DNA of 64,000 bases from a bacterium (GTDB lineage: Bacteria; Patescibacteriota; Patescibacteriia; SG8-24), in NCBI GenBank assembly GCA_023246195.1, contig JAHFIW010000001.1, positions 974-64,973 of the forward strand, read 5' to 3'. The position numbers and the translations under genes are program-made. Of this stretch, positions 21,516-30,979 are shown piece after piece; positions within the stretch are counted from its first letter, which is position 1; each line of letters opens with the position of its first letter. The notes under the pieces are model-generated. The model ran no database searches and was not told the DNA's origin. It saw only the letters and a program-made list of their open reading frames with translations.

Positions 21516-22031
21516 TCAGGAAAGCAGTCGCAGGTGGCGCAGCAGCATCTCGCGCTTAGCCGGACGCGTGGTGGCCATGACCCTGGAAAAGTCGTCCGGA
21601 TGCACCCAGCGTGCGGCCGAAAATTCGGAGGGATTGATCACGACCGCATCCGGCCGCGTACAGGTGATAGCGAAGAAGAAGCAGCGGTCGCCCAAGGCGA
21701 AGCCGCGAACGCCGGTACGAGCGTCCTCCGCGACGAGATCTTCTTCCCCCAAATAGGCGCTGATACTGAAGTGCTGCGGACCGATCGAGATTTTCCGGCG
21801 CAATCCGCGCACCAAGGCGGAACCGACGGACTCCCTCATCTCGATGCCACCTTGAGGGCAACCCCAGTCATCGGCGTCATTGACGGACTGCACGAACAGC
21901 GCCAACCCCTCGTCTTCGCACACGACCAGCGGCACGGTCACCGGCCGGTATTCCCTGTACGCGAACGCGTCGCGCGCCTGTCGGTTGACGCGATCGATCA
22001 CGGAAAGCGAAAGCTGCTCCCTTTTCGGCAT
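21516..22031 (-). CDS. NUDIX-fold (RppH-like) protein with degenerate Nudix box
   Basis: 'YRPVTV', 'WGCPQGGIE..ES...AL.R', 'EFSAARWV'; RExxEE reads RGLRRK. Confidence 0.75.
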   Translation of the reverse strand: MPKREQLSLSVIDRVNRQARDAFAYREYRPVTVPLVVCEDEGLALFVQSVNDADDWGCPQGGIEMRESVGSALVRGLRRKISIGPQHFSISAYLGEEDLVAEDARTGVRGFALGDRCFFFAITCTRPDAVVINPSEFSAARWVHPDDFSRVMATTRPAKREMLLRHLRLLS

Positions 22032-22039
22032 GTTGAGGA

Positions 22040-22090
22040 CTCCTTTTGAAAGGACTTTTTCAGCTTAGGCAATGACGTCGATTGTGGCAA
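22040..22090 (-). promoter_or_regulatory. Promoter + boxA-like element + SD of the NUDIX gene
   Basis: TTGCCA-17-TAAGCT, AGTCCTTTCAAA, AGGAG. Confidence 0.6.
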
Positions 22091-22147
22091 GAAGACAGGC
22101 ATCAATAAAAAACGCCCGATCATGTGATCGGGCGGAGTCGATTTGCC

Positions 22148-23692
22148 TCACCGTCTTTCCGCGATGCCTTGCGCGATACGGTCGGCGAGAGCCATGCACG
22201 TGAGCATCGGATTCACCGCGGGACTCCCGACGAAGATGCCGGTGTCAGCGACATAAAGGTTGCGAATCTCGTGATGCCGTCCATGCTCGTCGACCACGCC
22301 GTCCTGGGACCGTTTTGACATGCGCGTGGTACCGAACGCGTGGTTCGATCCGATGACCGCGTCACTCGGCTTGAACGTCTTGGTCCGCAGGATCTCGGCT
22401 TCCTGTCTTGAGAACAGGATGTCGGGAATGCCGTTGATGCCCGGAAGGATGCCGACCGCACCGGACGCCCAACAGATGTCCGACAGGATGCGCAGGCCTT
22501 TCATGAGCCGTGCCATGTCCTCTTCGTGCAAGTCGAAGGAAATGCGAGGATTCCAGCCAAATTTGGATGCCCGCACCCGACCGCGAGACCGGTACGCGCC
22601 GGCGATGACATCGAACGGCGCCATACGATCGTAGCTGAGGAGGTTTCGCTGGTAGTCGTGCCCAGTTCCGGGCAGACGTGTGGCGAGGATGGCCGGAGGC
22701 GCCCAAAGCACCTCGAGCTTGATGCCCTCGTTGATGTAGTGCAGCGAGTGGTAGCCCTGCGTCGCGCCGACCCATGGATCTATCACCTCATCGTACACGG
22801 CCATGACGGCCAGTCCCGGGTGGAACTGGAGTTCTTGGCCGACCCACCGTCCGTTCAAGCCGCTTTTCTGCAGGATGACCGGCGTTTGCATGCAGCCGGC
22901 GGCGAGCACGACGAACGTGGCGTGAATCTCGACCTCATGGCTTTCCCGCGAGGTAAAGGGTTCGACGACATGACCGCGAATGCCGCGCACGACGCTGCCG
23001 TCATGCAGAACGCGCTCGGCGCGCACGCTGGTGTAGACGCGAGCGCCCGCCCGGATGGCCGCGGGGACGTAACTCACGTCCATGGAGCGCTTGGCTCCGG
23101 TGCGACAGCCGGTGAAACACTCTGCGGAGCCCTTACAGCCCTTGACGTTGCGACGCGTTGGCTCGCTCGACATGCCGAGGGAATCGCAACCCATCTTGAA
23201 ACGCAAGTTGCGCTGTCCGAGCACTTCTTGGGAAGTGGGCTCGACACCGAGAAACTGCTCGACGCGCGCGTAATGCGGATCAAGCGCTTCTCTCGTGAGG
23301 TCGATGCCCGTGCATTCCTGCCACGACTCGATCGTAAAGGCCGGCGCCCTTGCGCAGATTGCCGAATTGACGAGCGAACCGCCGCCCAAGCCGTTGGCCT
23401 GCATGGTCGGCATGTAGGCGTTGCCCATTGCCACCCTGGTACCCTGCCCACGCAAGGTACGCTGCATCGCCGCGCCGGCATCCTGCCTGAAGTCGGCGGC
23501 GCCGAAGGGCGGCCCTTCCTCGAGAAGAATGACGTCGAAGCCGGCTTCCGCGAGCTCCTTGGCGACGACTGCGCCGCCAGGACCGGAACCGATGACGATC
23601 GCCTCGCAGGATGTCGTGATACGGCCGGTATAGTCCGCGAAGACCTTCACGCCACGATGCGGTGATTCGTCCAGCACCTTAATCGTGCTCAC
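22148..23692 (-). CDS. GMC family FAD oxidoreductase
   Basis: 'VIGSGPGG', 'GLGGGSLVNS', 'C..S.EC.TGC', 'NHAFGTTRM', 'VNPMLT'; GTG start overlaps the upstream TGA. Confidence 0.92.
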   Translation of the reverse strand: MSTIKVLDESPHRGVKVFADYTGRITTSCEAIVIGSGPGGAVVAKELAEAGFDVILLEEGPPFGAADFRQDAGAAMQRTLRGQGTRVAMGNAYMPTMQANGLGGGSLVNSAICARAPAFTIESWQECTGIDLTREALDPHYARVEQFLGVEPTSQEVLGQRNLRFKMGCDSLGMSSEPTRRNVKGCKGSAECFTGCRTGAKRSMDVSYVPAAIRAGARVYTSVRAERVLHDGSVVRGIRGHVVEPFTSRESHEVEIHATFVVLAAGCMQTPVILQKSGLNGRWVGQELQFHPGLAVMAVYDEVIDPWVGATQGYHSLHYINEGIKLEVLWAPPAILATRLPGTGHDYQRNLLSYDRMAPFDVIAGAYRSRGRVRASKFGWNPRISFDLHEEDMARLMKGLRILSDICWASGAVGILPGINGIPDILFSRQEAEILRTKTFKPSDAVIGSNHAFGTTRMSKRSQDGVVDEHGRHHEIRNLYVADTGIFVGSPAVNPMLTCMALADRIAQGIAERR

Positions 23693-24081
23693 GGCGACAC
23701 CGTATCGCGTCGGCTCGACATGATGAACGAGGCGACGCGCGGGCATGCAAAATATCCCATCGTCATGATCGCGCGCATCGACATGAAGATGACGCGCCGA
23801 AAGTACAGCGTACTCACGGCCATGTCCTCGAAGACGCGAGTCCTCTCGGCGTGCGACAGGCGCGTGAAGCGCGAGCGACGCGGACCGAACAGCAGCGGGC
23901 TGAGCTGGATGCACAGGAACAGCATGCGGACCAGGAAGCGCTGCACCCAGTGCAGGCCCAAAAGGTACGCATCGACATAGGCGACGAGTCCGGCCCTGGT
24001 ACCCGAGACGGGTATCGGACCGGCAGAAGGAAACATGGTGTCCGCACAGGCGGCAACCACGGCACGTTCACTTTTCATCAT
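23689..24081 (-). CDS. Small partner of the GMC oxidoreductase (gluconate 2-dehydrogenase subunit 3-like)
   Basis: 'AACADTMFP', 'RFTRLSHAER', 'TMGYF'; GGAGG SD; translationally coupled to the GMC gene. Confidence 0.7.
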   Translation of the reverse strand: MMKSERAVVAACADTMFPSAGPIPVSGTRAGLVAYVDAYLLGLHWVQRFLVRMLFLCIQLSPLLFGPRRSRFTRLSHAERTRVFEDMAVSTLYFRRVIFMSMRAIMTMGYFACPRVASFIMSSRRDTVSP

Positions 24082-24237
24082 TCGGTGTACCTCCGTATTT
24101 CGTTTCGACACATGTGAAAGAACCCAATCCAAGATAAGCAACAAAAGAGGCGAAAGTCAAGTATCCGCGCTTCGTGAAATCGGCAAAAATCGTGACAATA
24201 ATGAGTCATCGCCGGCGCTGCAACTAATAACGACAAG

Positions 24238-24760
24238 ATGATCACCTGGTTTCTAGGAAATATCGTCGGAGTTTTAGGTATCGTGGTCGGCGGCTTCATT
24301 GCTTACCATGTCTATTTCCTTTCCGAGAAGATTGATTTGCGCGACAAATTAGTTCACAGGAACACGCTTAGGAAGCAGGTCGAATTTCTGCTTCACAGAA
24401 TAGGCTCAGGAAGCCAAAGCGACGTAGAGATGGTCAATTCTAAGAAATATGAGAAGCATTATCCGCATAATAACGAAATGAACAGGGACGGCTACACTTA
24501 TCTGAGGGCCGAGCTTAAGTCTCTGCGTTTTGATGGCGTGGAATTTTTCTGTGACATGGCACGCGAAATTTATCAGCACACTGCTGGCACCTTTCGTTTC
24601 GAAAAGGATTCCGACGACCAAAAAGAGTCCATGATTGTTTATCCAGTGGGCCTCTTACCCTACGAGTGGATCGTGCACATCGCACTCTCAGGGTGACGAA
24701 TTCAGCTATAGACCACAATTTTTTACCCCTTTCAAAGGCTTAAAAAAATCCACGTCCTCT
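24238..24760 (+). pseudogene. Low-GC membrane-anchored hypothetical gene, probably frameshifted near its 3' end
   Basis: AT-rich. The frame stops at 24696 while 'GDEFSYRPQFFTPFKG' continues in another frame. Confidence 0.5.
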
Positions 24761-24968
24761 GCCGCTCTTCAGGGCATTATTCCCAACTTTGCCGTCGGTT
24801 GCGCAATACACAAAAACCACAGGTAACTGTGGTTTTTGTGTGACTCGAGACAACGGGATTAGAACTTTTTTTCAACTTTATAGATTGCCCTGTTGTTTTA
24901 AAGTATTTGAGTTTCCACGATAAAGACTTCGGTTGGTGCGGCGCATCTCGCTAATACGCCCAACAAAC

Positions 24969-25949
24969 CTACTTCTTAAAAATCCCGAACGTCGAAAACG
25001 TTGTCCTGCCAGAACCGTGTGGGTCGTTGTACTCGACAGTCGACCCGTCTACCCACTTTGGCGCGAACGGGCGGCTCACGGTTGCCGCAACGATCACGAC
25101 CTTCTTTTTCGTCGCCAGGTCGTAGACAGAGAGCGTGGACATTCGGGGCGCGGCATGTTCTACGTCGGGGTTATAGTCGCCGAACGCCAGCGTTCGAGAG
25201 GCCGGCTCGACGGCGGACTCGTTGAGGATGACGCCGAAATCGGCTATCGGATAGGCAGACAGGACCATAACCGCCGTGTCGAACGCGTAGATGTCAGTAA
25301 TCTGCGGGCCCTGATTTGCCGTGAGCCACAGGACGCCCCCGTGCCAGAAGAGCGGGTTGAGCATCTTGCCCTGACCGAAGCCTCTCAAGTCCTTTCCGGC
25401 GAGGATCTTCAGGACGTTTCCAACGGAATCAATAAGCGCGAAGCTCCCGGCCGTATCGCCATGTAATACCGCGATCTCCTTACCGTCCGGGGAGACGCGG
25501 AAGTCGAGGCCCTTGGCGGAATAGACCTTCGACCCCGCTGCAGATTGATCGTATTCCCAGAGTTCGTCCGTCCAGTTGGTATTGGCGGGATTATCGCTAC
25601 CCGTCGTCCGCCTGATGACGTAAAGCGTTCCCTCGACGAACTCGGCGGGATGGTAGTCATCGCGATATACGTCCGGAAGAGTCATGAATCGCGTTTCCAC
25701 GTTCGCTTTCGCGTCATATAGGTAGACGATGGTCATTCGCGGGTCCTTCGGATCCTGTTTGAGATGAACGTCGTAGGACCCTCGGACAGCGGCACTTTTC
25801 TGTTGCGCCGGTACGACGGGGGTCTCCTGATTCTCATCCGACGAACTAAGATAAAAAAAGACGGCAACTGACGCACCCAACAGCGCAAGAACTCCCAGCA
25901 GAATCAATGGCAAAGATGCCGCCTTAAGTTTTTGTTTCGATTTCACCAT
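24969..25949 (-). CDS. Membrane-anchored exported protein, TolB/beta-propeller-like
   Basis: N-terminal TM helix; 'FRVSPDGKEIA', 'FAPKWVDG'. Confidence 0.7.
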   Translation of the reverse strand: MVKSKQKLKAASLPLILLGVLALLGASVAVFFYLSSSDENQETPVVPAQQKSAAVRGSYDVHLKQDPKDPRMTIVYLYDAKANVETRFMTLPDVYRDDYHPAEFVEGTLYVIRRTTGSDNPANTNWTDELWEYDQSAAGSKVYSAKGLDFRVSPDGKEIAVLHGDTAGSFALIDSVGNVLKILAGKDLRGFGQGKMLNPLFWHGGVLWLTANQGPQITDIYAFDTAVMVLSAYPIADFGVILNESAVEPASRTLAFGDYNPDVEHAAPRMSTLSVYDLATKKKVVIVAATVSRPFAPKWVDGSTVEYNDPHGSGRTTFSTFGIFKK

Positions 25950-26041
25950 AAAAAAATAAAAAAATGACGGTGTCCGCACCCGCCATTGGCCGGATAACGG
26001 ACATCGTCATTATAGATTGAATCGTCGCGATGGTCGACTTC

Positions 26042-26674
26042 TCAGTTGAGGTCCCGCCACCGCGTTGATGTGCCGAAGATGGAGAGATATTTCGAGGTCC
26101 CGTCCCACGGATCGACGATGAGGTAACTGCTGGCGGAAGATGTGCTCCCGCCGTTGTAGCCGTAGGCGAGCACCTTGTGGCCGCTCCCCCAAGGCACGTC
26201 GATCATGACCGGGCGGTTGGCGCAAATCGTCGTAGCTACCGCAGACAGGCTGCCGAGATCGGTCACACTGTGAGGACCGCCGCGCGAGTTTATCGCGCAC
26301 GAGACGTCGATGAGTGAGCTTCCCGGCCCGAAGCAACCCGCCGACTTCGCCGAACTGTTGAGCTGTGACGGAGTGGTCGACGTCAGCCACTGGTCCTGAT
26401 AAGTCATGGAGAGGCAGGTCAGGACGCACCCGTAGTTCCCGATCGTGTCCGTGCTGCTGTTGCCCAGAAGCACGTTTTTCCACATCGAATCGTTCTGCGA
26501 GTACCAGACCCCGAGCGAGATCCTGCTCACGTAGCACGACGACAGTGCCTGACTTTCGGTACCAATATCTTCGGAACCGGAGGGGTTTGATGATGCCTCA
26601 TTCACAGCCCCGCTGCACGCGAACACCAGCGTGCTCGCGAAAGCCAAGATGACCAGCCAGACGAAACGTTTCAT
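26042..26674 (-). CDS. Lipoprotein, C39-like cysteine peptidase
   Basis: Lipobox VFAC; 'YSQND..W', 'IGNYGCVLTCLSM' (Cys), 'GHKVLAYG' (His), 'IVDPW' (Asp). Confidence 0.8.
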   Translation of the reverse strand: MKRFVWLVILAFASTLVFACSGAVNEASSNPSGSEDIGTESQALSSCYVSRISLGVWYSQNDSMWKNVLLGNSSTDTIGNYGCVLTCLSMTYQDQWLTSTTPSQLNSSAKSAGCFGPGSSLIDVSCAINSRGGPHSVTDLGSLSAVATTICANRPVMIDVPWGSGHKVLAYGYNGGSTSSASSYLIVDPWDGTSKYLSIFGTSTRWRDLN

Positions 26675-26974
26675 GACGTTTTCAACCTTTCCGTTTCAGT
26701 TTTTACTGCTATTTTTCCACTCAATTATTAAGTGGCCGCGCCAATGTACTACGGATAACTTTCTTTGTCAAGAACATATTCATCGGATGAACCCGAGCGA
26801 AATGGACGAAAAGATGGGAAAGACACAAAATGTTCGGTAATTTCTTCATAAAAACCGCCACCCCTTCGGGTATGCGGTCTTTCATCAACCTGCCTGCTGG
26901 GACTCCGGTCATGTCGGAAGGCGCCCTGCCCCATTTTTTTTCGGGACTCGGATCGCCAGCACCAGATCGGCTAG

Positions 26975-27003
26975 TGGCAGAGCTGATGCGCTTCGAACCC
27001 CTG
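26975..27003 (-). repeat. Degenerate copy of the tRNA-Glu 3' end (att-like scar)
   Basis: TGG-N14-TTCGAACCCCTG, with the same spacing as 27071-27099 of the tRNA. Confidence 0.5.
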
Positions 27004-27070
27004 CTTTTTCAACCACGCGGGTCGCCCCGCCGTCCTAAAGCACTCGAGTCTCCACGATAAAAAGTTTGGT

Positions 27071-27147
27071 TGGTAGTCCCAAGGGGATTCGAACCCCTGT
27101 TTACCCCGTGAGAGGGGGTCGTCCTGGACCGGGCTAGACGATGGGAC
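27071..27147 (-). tRNA. tRNA-Glu(CTC)
   Basis: GTCCCATCGTCTAG...ACCCC-ctCTCac-GGGGT...GGTTCGAATCCC...GGGACTACCA. Confidence 0.95.
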
Positions 27148-27288
27148 CTCATTTGGCTGAGCCGATTCCGACGCTACGCGGCTCCTTTCGTGTTGGAGAC
27201 TGTAGCAAAAACGTTTGGGTTTGTCGAGGCCCTTTCAGTCCGCGAGGGAAGGGAATAAAAAAGCGCCCGATGAAACGGGCGCACGGGC

Positions 27289-27771
27289 TCAGGAGCCGGA
27301 ACCGCCGACGGTGACGCACTCGCCGGTCTCGCAGTCGAGCACGCGGGCCTGTCCCCTATTGACGGCCAGCTGCGGTGGGACGGACTTCAGGCCGTTGCGG
27401 AGTGCGTAACCCGATGGCAAGCTCAGGCAATATTCGAGATGGGTCACGACGACCAGCGTCTCGGCATGCGGCGCAAGCGTCTCCACGTAGACCAGCGCGG
27501 CGAAGTCGTCTCGAGGCTTCGGACCGTCGCCACTCCAGAGCAGGTCGTCGCGGTGCACCCTGGTGCCGGGAATGCCGAGGGCATGAATGAGTATGCGAGC
27601 GCTGCCGATGGCTCGCAGCGCCGTCGACGTCATCACCAGCACTTCGGACACGTCACCGACGACGTGCGGACGAAGAAGTTCGGAAAGATCCCGAATCTGC
27701 GCCTCGCCCCGGAGGCTCAGTCGTCGATCGGCGTCGATTTCTCCGTGTCGGCAGACAATCAATTTTTTCAT
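27289..27771 (-). CDS. Histidine phosphatase (SixA-like)
   Basis: 'CRHG', 'TSTALRA', 'VVVTH'; GAGGAGG SD; TTGACG-17-TATGGT; terminator 27257-27282. Confidence 0.8.
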   Translation of the reverse strand: MKKLIVCRHGEIDADRRLSLRGEAQIRDLSELLRPHVVGDVSEVLVMTSTALRAIGSARILIHALGIPGTRVHRDDLLWSGDGPKPRDDFAALVYVETLAPHAETLVVVTHLEYCLSLPSGYALRNGLKSVPPQLAVNRGQARVLDCETGECVTVGGSGS

Positions 27772-27880
27772 GTGTCCTCCTCGGATTACCGAGGCTGAAC
27801 CATAGGAAAAAACCGTCTGGCCGTCAATGCCTTTCTGACAAAAAAACCGCCCATGTCGGGCGGATCTTGCGACAAGGCAG

Positions 27881-29170
27881 CTATGGGGCGTCCAGCCATT
27901 CCCGGTCTTGGCGCACCAGCAACGTAGGCGCGTCCAGCGGTTCGGCCATGATTTCCTTGACCACGCGCTCCATGCGCATGCCCTGGGAGCCCTTCACCAG
28001 GACGAAGTCGCCCATCTTCATCTTCTCCTGAACGAAACGTCCGGCCTCATCGGCGCTGCCGAAGTGGAAGATGCGTTCATCGCCGACGCCGGCCTGCTTG
28101 GCGGCGATTTCGGCCTCGTGCATGCGCTCGCCTGCCAGGACGATGAGGTCCGCGCACTCGGCGGCCTTCTTGCCGACGGCGGCATGGCCCTCCGCAGTAG
28201 CCGAACCGAGCTCGAGCATGTCGCCAAGCACGGCGATGCGCTTTGCACCTTCGGGGACGGGGAGATCGCGCAACACTTCGAGCGCGGCCAGCGCGCTCTT
28301 TGGCGCAGAATTGTAAGTGTCGTCGATGATGACCGTGTGCTTGATGCCCGGCACGTACCGCAGGCGTCCGGACGGAGCCCTGTACAGGCTCAACGCGTCA
28401 GCAATCTCTATGAGGTTCATGCCCTTCACCAATCCGACAGCAGCGGCGGCGAGCACCGCGTACATGCCGTGTTTGCCGAGCACGTTGGGGACGAAGACCG
28501 GCACGGTCGCTCCGGCAGCGGACATCTTGAATCGCATGCCGCACTCGTGATCGATGGCGCACATGTACGCCAGCGATTCCGGAAGGGCGCGCACGCCGGC
28601 TTCCTCATGGAAGCCATACGACATCACCGTGGCCTTGGTCTTGTTGCGCATCGCCCAGACGCGCTCGTCGTCGCGATTGAGGACGGCAAAACCGTTCTTG
28701 GGCAGGCGCTCAACGAGCACCCGTTTTTCCTTGGCAATCTCCTCGACCGTACCCATGAATTCCAAGTGGCTCTCCCCCACCGACGTCTCCACGCCGATCA
28801 GCGGCGAAGCGATATCGCAGAGGTAGGCGATGTCGCCGGGATGCGTCAGGCCGTACTCGAGCACGAGCATTTTGGGGAAATCCTTGGCACCGAAGGCCTT
28901 GATCTTCCAGGCGTTCCAAAGCACGCCGACCCAGGCAAGCGTGGACTTGCCGCCCGTGGGCAGATTGAGTACTGACAACGGCAGGCCGATTTCGGTGTTG
29001 AAATTCTTGGGGCTGTGACGGATACGGAAACGCTTGCCCAGGACGGCACTGACGGCCTCCTTGGCAGAGCTTTTTCCGACAGAGCCCGTCACGCCGATGA
29101 TTTCCGGCTTTTCCTTTGCGATAACCGCCCTTGCGGCATTGGCGAGCGAGGATTCTATGAACTTGCGCAT
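27881..29170 (-). CDS. murF: UDP-MurNAc-tripeptide--D-Ala-D-Ala ligase
   Basis: 'GVTGSVGKSS', 'NTEIGLP', 'DDTYNSAP', 'LGDMLELG', 'VKGSQG'. Confidence 0.93.
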   Translation of the reverse strand: MRKFIESSLANAARAVIAKEKPEIIGVTGSVGKSSAKEAVSAVLGKRFRIRHSPKNFNTEIGLPLSVLNLPTGGKSTLAWVGVLWNAWKIKAFGAKDFPKMLVLEYGLTHPGDIAYLCDIASPLIGVETSVGESHLEFMGTVEEIAKEKRVLVERLPKNGFAVLNRDDERVWAMRNKTKATVMSYGFHEEAGVRALPESLAYMCAIDHECGMRFKMSAAGATVPVFVPNVLGKHGMYAVLAAAAVGLVKGMNLIEIADALSLYRAPSGRLRYVPGIKHTVIIDDTYNSAPKSALAALEVLRDLPVPEGAKRIAVLGDMLELGSATAEGHAAVGKKAAECADLIVLAGERMHEAEIAAKQAGVGDERIFHFGSADEAGRFVQEKMKMGDFVLVKGSQGMRMERVVKEIMAEPLDAPTLLVRQDREWLDAP

Positions 29171-29188
29171 AACGACGGTCCTTGCGGG

Positions 29189-30979
29189 TCAATTAGTCCG
29201 CTCTGGGGTAATCTGCAGATATTGTAACAGGTATTTGGCAATGTCTCCAAAAAGCGGCGCGGCAGAAGACTCCGCCCATTGGACATCCTTGGGATTGTCC
29301 AGCTCGACCACGATGACGAAAGCGGGATTGTCCACGGGTGCGAAACCGGCAAAGGAGCCTATGGTGACGCCCTTGATGTAGCCATGACCGTCAGGGCTTG
29401 GTACCTGGGCAGTACCGGTCTTGCCGGCAACGAAGTACCCGGGCACTGCGGCCTTCTTGCCATGGCCCTTCTCGACCACGCTGACCAGCATGCCGCTCAC
29501 CAATGCGGCGGCGCGTTTGGTGATGACCTGACGGATGACCTCCGGCTCCGTTTTCTCTATCGAACCGTCAGAATGGGTGATGCTGCCGACCACGTAGGGC
29601 TTCATCAGCTTGCCGCCGTTGGCGATGGTGGCGTAGGCCGAAGCCATCTGCAGCGGCGTAACGGTGAGTCCCTGACCGAACGAAGCCGTGGCAGTCCAGA
29701 TGTCGCCCTTCTTCCGCAGCGGCTCGATGTTGCCGCTCGACTCGGTATCAAGATCGATGCCGGTGGGGCTGCCAAAACCGAAGGCTTCGACGTATTTGAG
29801 AAACTGCTGCGAACCCACCAGGTTCGAGGCGAAGATGGTGCCGGTGTTGAGCGACTCGTCCAGTACCTGCGTCATCGTCTGCAAACCATGCGCCTTGAGA
29901 TCAGAGTTCCTAATGGTATACGGACCGATCTTGACGTTGCCCGAATCGACGTACGTGGAGTTGGGAGTGACTTTTCCCGAGTCGATGGCCGCAGACATGA
30001 TGACGGCCTTGAAGATGGAGCCGGGCTCGTAGGCCGAAAAGATGGCGCGGTCATTGAACGCGCCGACGTCGGTGACGGTGGAGAGGTCGTTGGGATCAAA
30101 ATCCGGGATATTGCAGACGGCCATGACGGCACCGGTCTTTGGATCCATGACGATGGCCGAACCGGAGTCGGCACTGTGCTTGGTGACGGCCTCGCGCAAC
30201 TTGGAACAGGTCACGTACTGGATGTTGCGGTCGATGGTCAGCGTCAAGTCGTCACCGTCCTTGGCGGCGACGAAACGGTTTGCTCCGCCGATGAGGTTGC
30301 CGAGCGAATCATCGGCAGTAGCCAGGGCGGCGGAAGTTCCCGAGAGTTCCGCCTCCCAATGCCCCTCGATGCCATAACGGCCTACGCGCTTTCCCGCGTC
30401 GTCGGATCCGTAAAATCCGACAACCTGCGCGAACGAGGACTTCTCCGGATAATAGCGGTACTTCAACGGATCGAACCCGATGCCCGCCAGGTTGAGCGCC
30501 TTGACCTGCTCGACGAGACTGTCCTCCGCCTTCGGCTTAAGCGGGACGTAGGGGCTGTCCTTGCGTGACAGTTTTTCCAACAGCGTCGGCACGTCAATTG
30601 CCAGCAGCGGCGCGAGCGCGTTCGCGGCCTCGACAGGATTCTTCACGGCACGAGTGTTGGCATAAACGGTGAAAAGCGTCTTGTTGACGGCTACGGGAAA
30701 CTTGCCGTCGGGCGACTTGGGATCAAGCGCGTAGATGGTGCCGCGGTCAGGCACGAAATTGGAATAGCGATCACGTTGACTGGCCGCGAGATCGGAATAG
30801 AACTTATTCGAAAGCACCTGCAGCACGAACAGCCTCCAACCGATCGCCGCCATGGCCAGCATGATGACGGCCTGCAGCACAAAAAACCGTCGATCCTCCG
30901 AAGAGGCGGCCGGTGCCGTGCGCGAACGCGCGTGCGATTGCGCGGATCGCGGTCGAATGTGCGGCAGGTGAGAGTTCAT
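29189..30979 (-). CDS. ftsI: Class B penicillin-binding protein (FtsI)
   Basis: SxxK 'EPGSIFK', SxN 'SLNTG', KTG; ATGA overlap with the upstream gene. Confidence 0.92.
   Translation of the reverse strand: MNSHLPHIRPRSAQSHARSRTAPAASSEDRRFFVLQAVIMLAMAAIGWRLFVLQVLSNKFYSDLAASQRDRYSNFVPDRGTIYALDPKSPDGKFPVAVNKTLFTVYANTRAVKNPVEAANALAPLLAIDVPTLLEKLSRKDSPYVPLKPKAEDSLVEQVKALNLAGIGFDPLKYRYYPEKSSFAQVVGFYGSDDAGKRVGRYGIEGHWEAELSGTSAALATADDSLGNLIGGANRFVAAKDGDDLTLTIDRNIQYVTCSKLREAVTKHSADSGSAIVMDPKTGAVMAVCNIPDFDPNDLSTVTDVGAFNDRAIFSAYEPGSIFKAVIMSAAIDSGKVTPNSTYVDSGNVKIGPYTIRNSDLKAHGLQTMTQVLDESLNTGTIFASNLVGSQQFLKYVEAFGFGSPTGIDLDTESSGNIEPLRKKGDIWTATASFGQGLTVTPLQMASAYATIANGGKLMKPYVVGSITHSDGSIEKTEPEVIRQVITKRAAALVSGMLVSVVEKGHGKKAAVPGYFVAGKTGTAQVPSPDGHGYIKGVTIGSFAGFAPVDNPAFVIVVELDNPKDVQWAESSAAPLFGDIAKYLLQYLQITPERTN

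Noticed and set aside
26749-27060. Short ORFs between the C39 peptidase gene and tRNA-Glu
   Set aside because: They overlap promoter, terminator and tRNA-remnant sequence; no SD or coding signature.
15900-27771. Integron cassette array explaining the run of stand-alone genes
   Set aside because: No attC-like RYYYAAC...GTTRRRY sites or intI seen; the genes carry their own promoters and terminators and are mixed with core genes.
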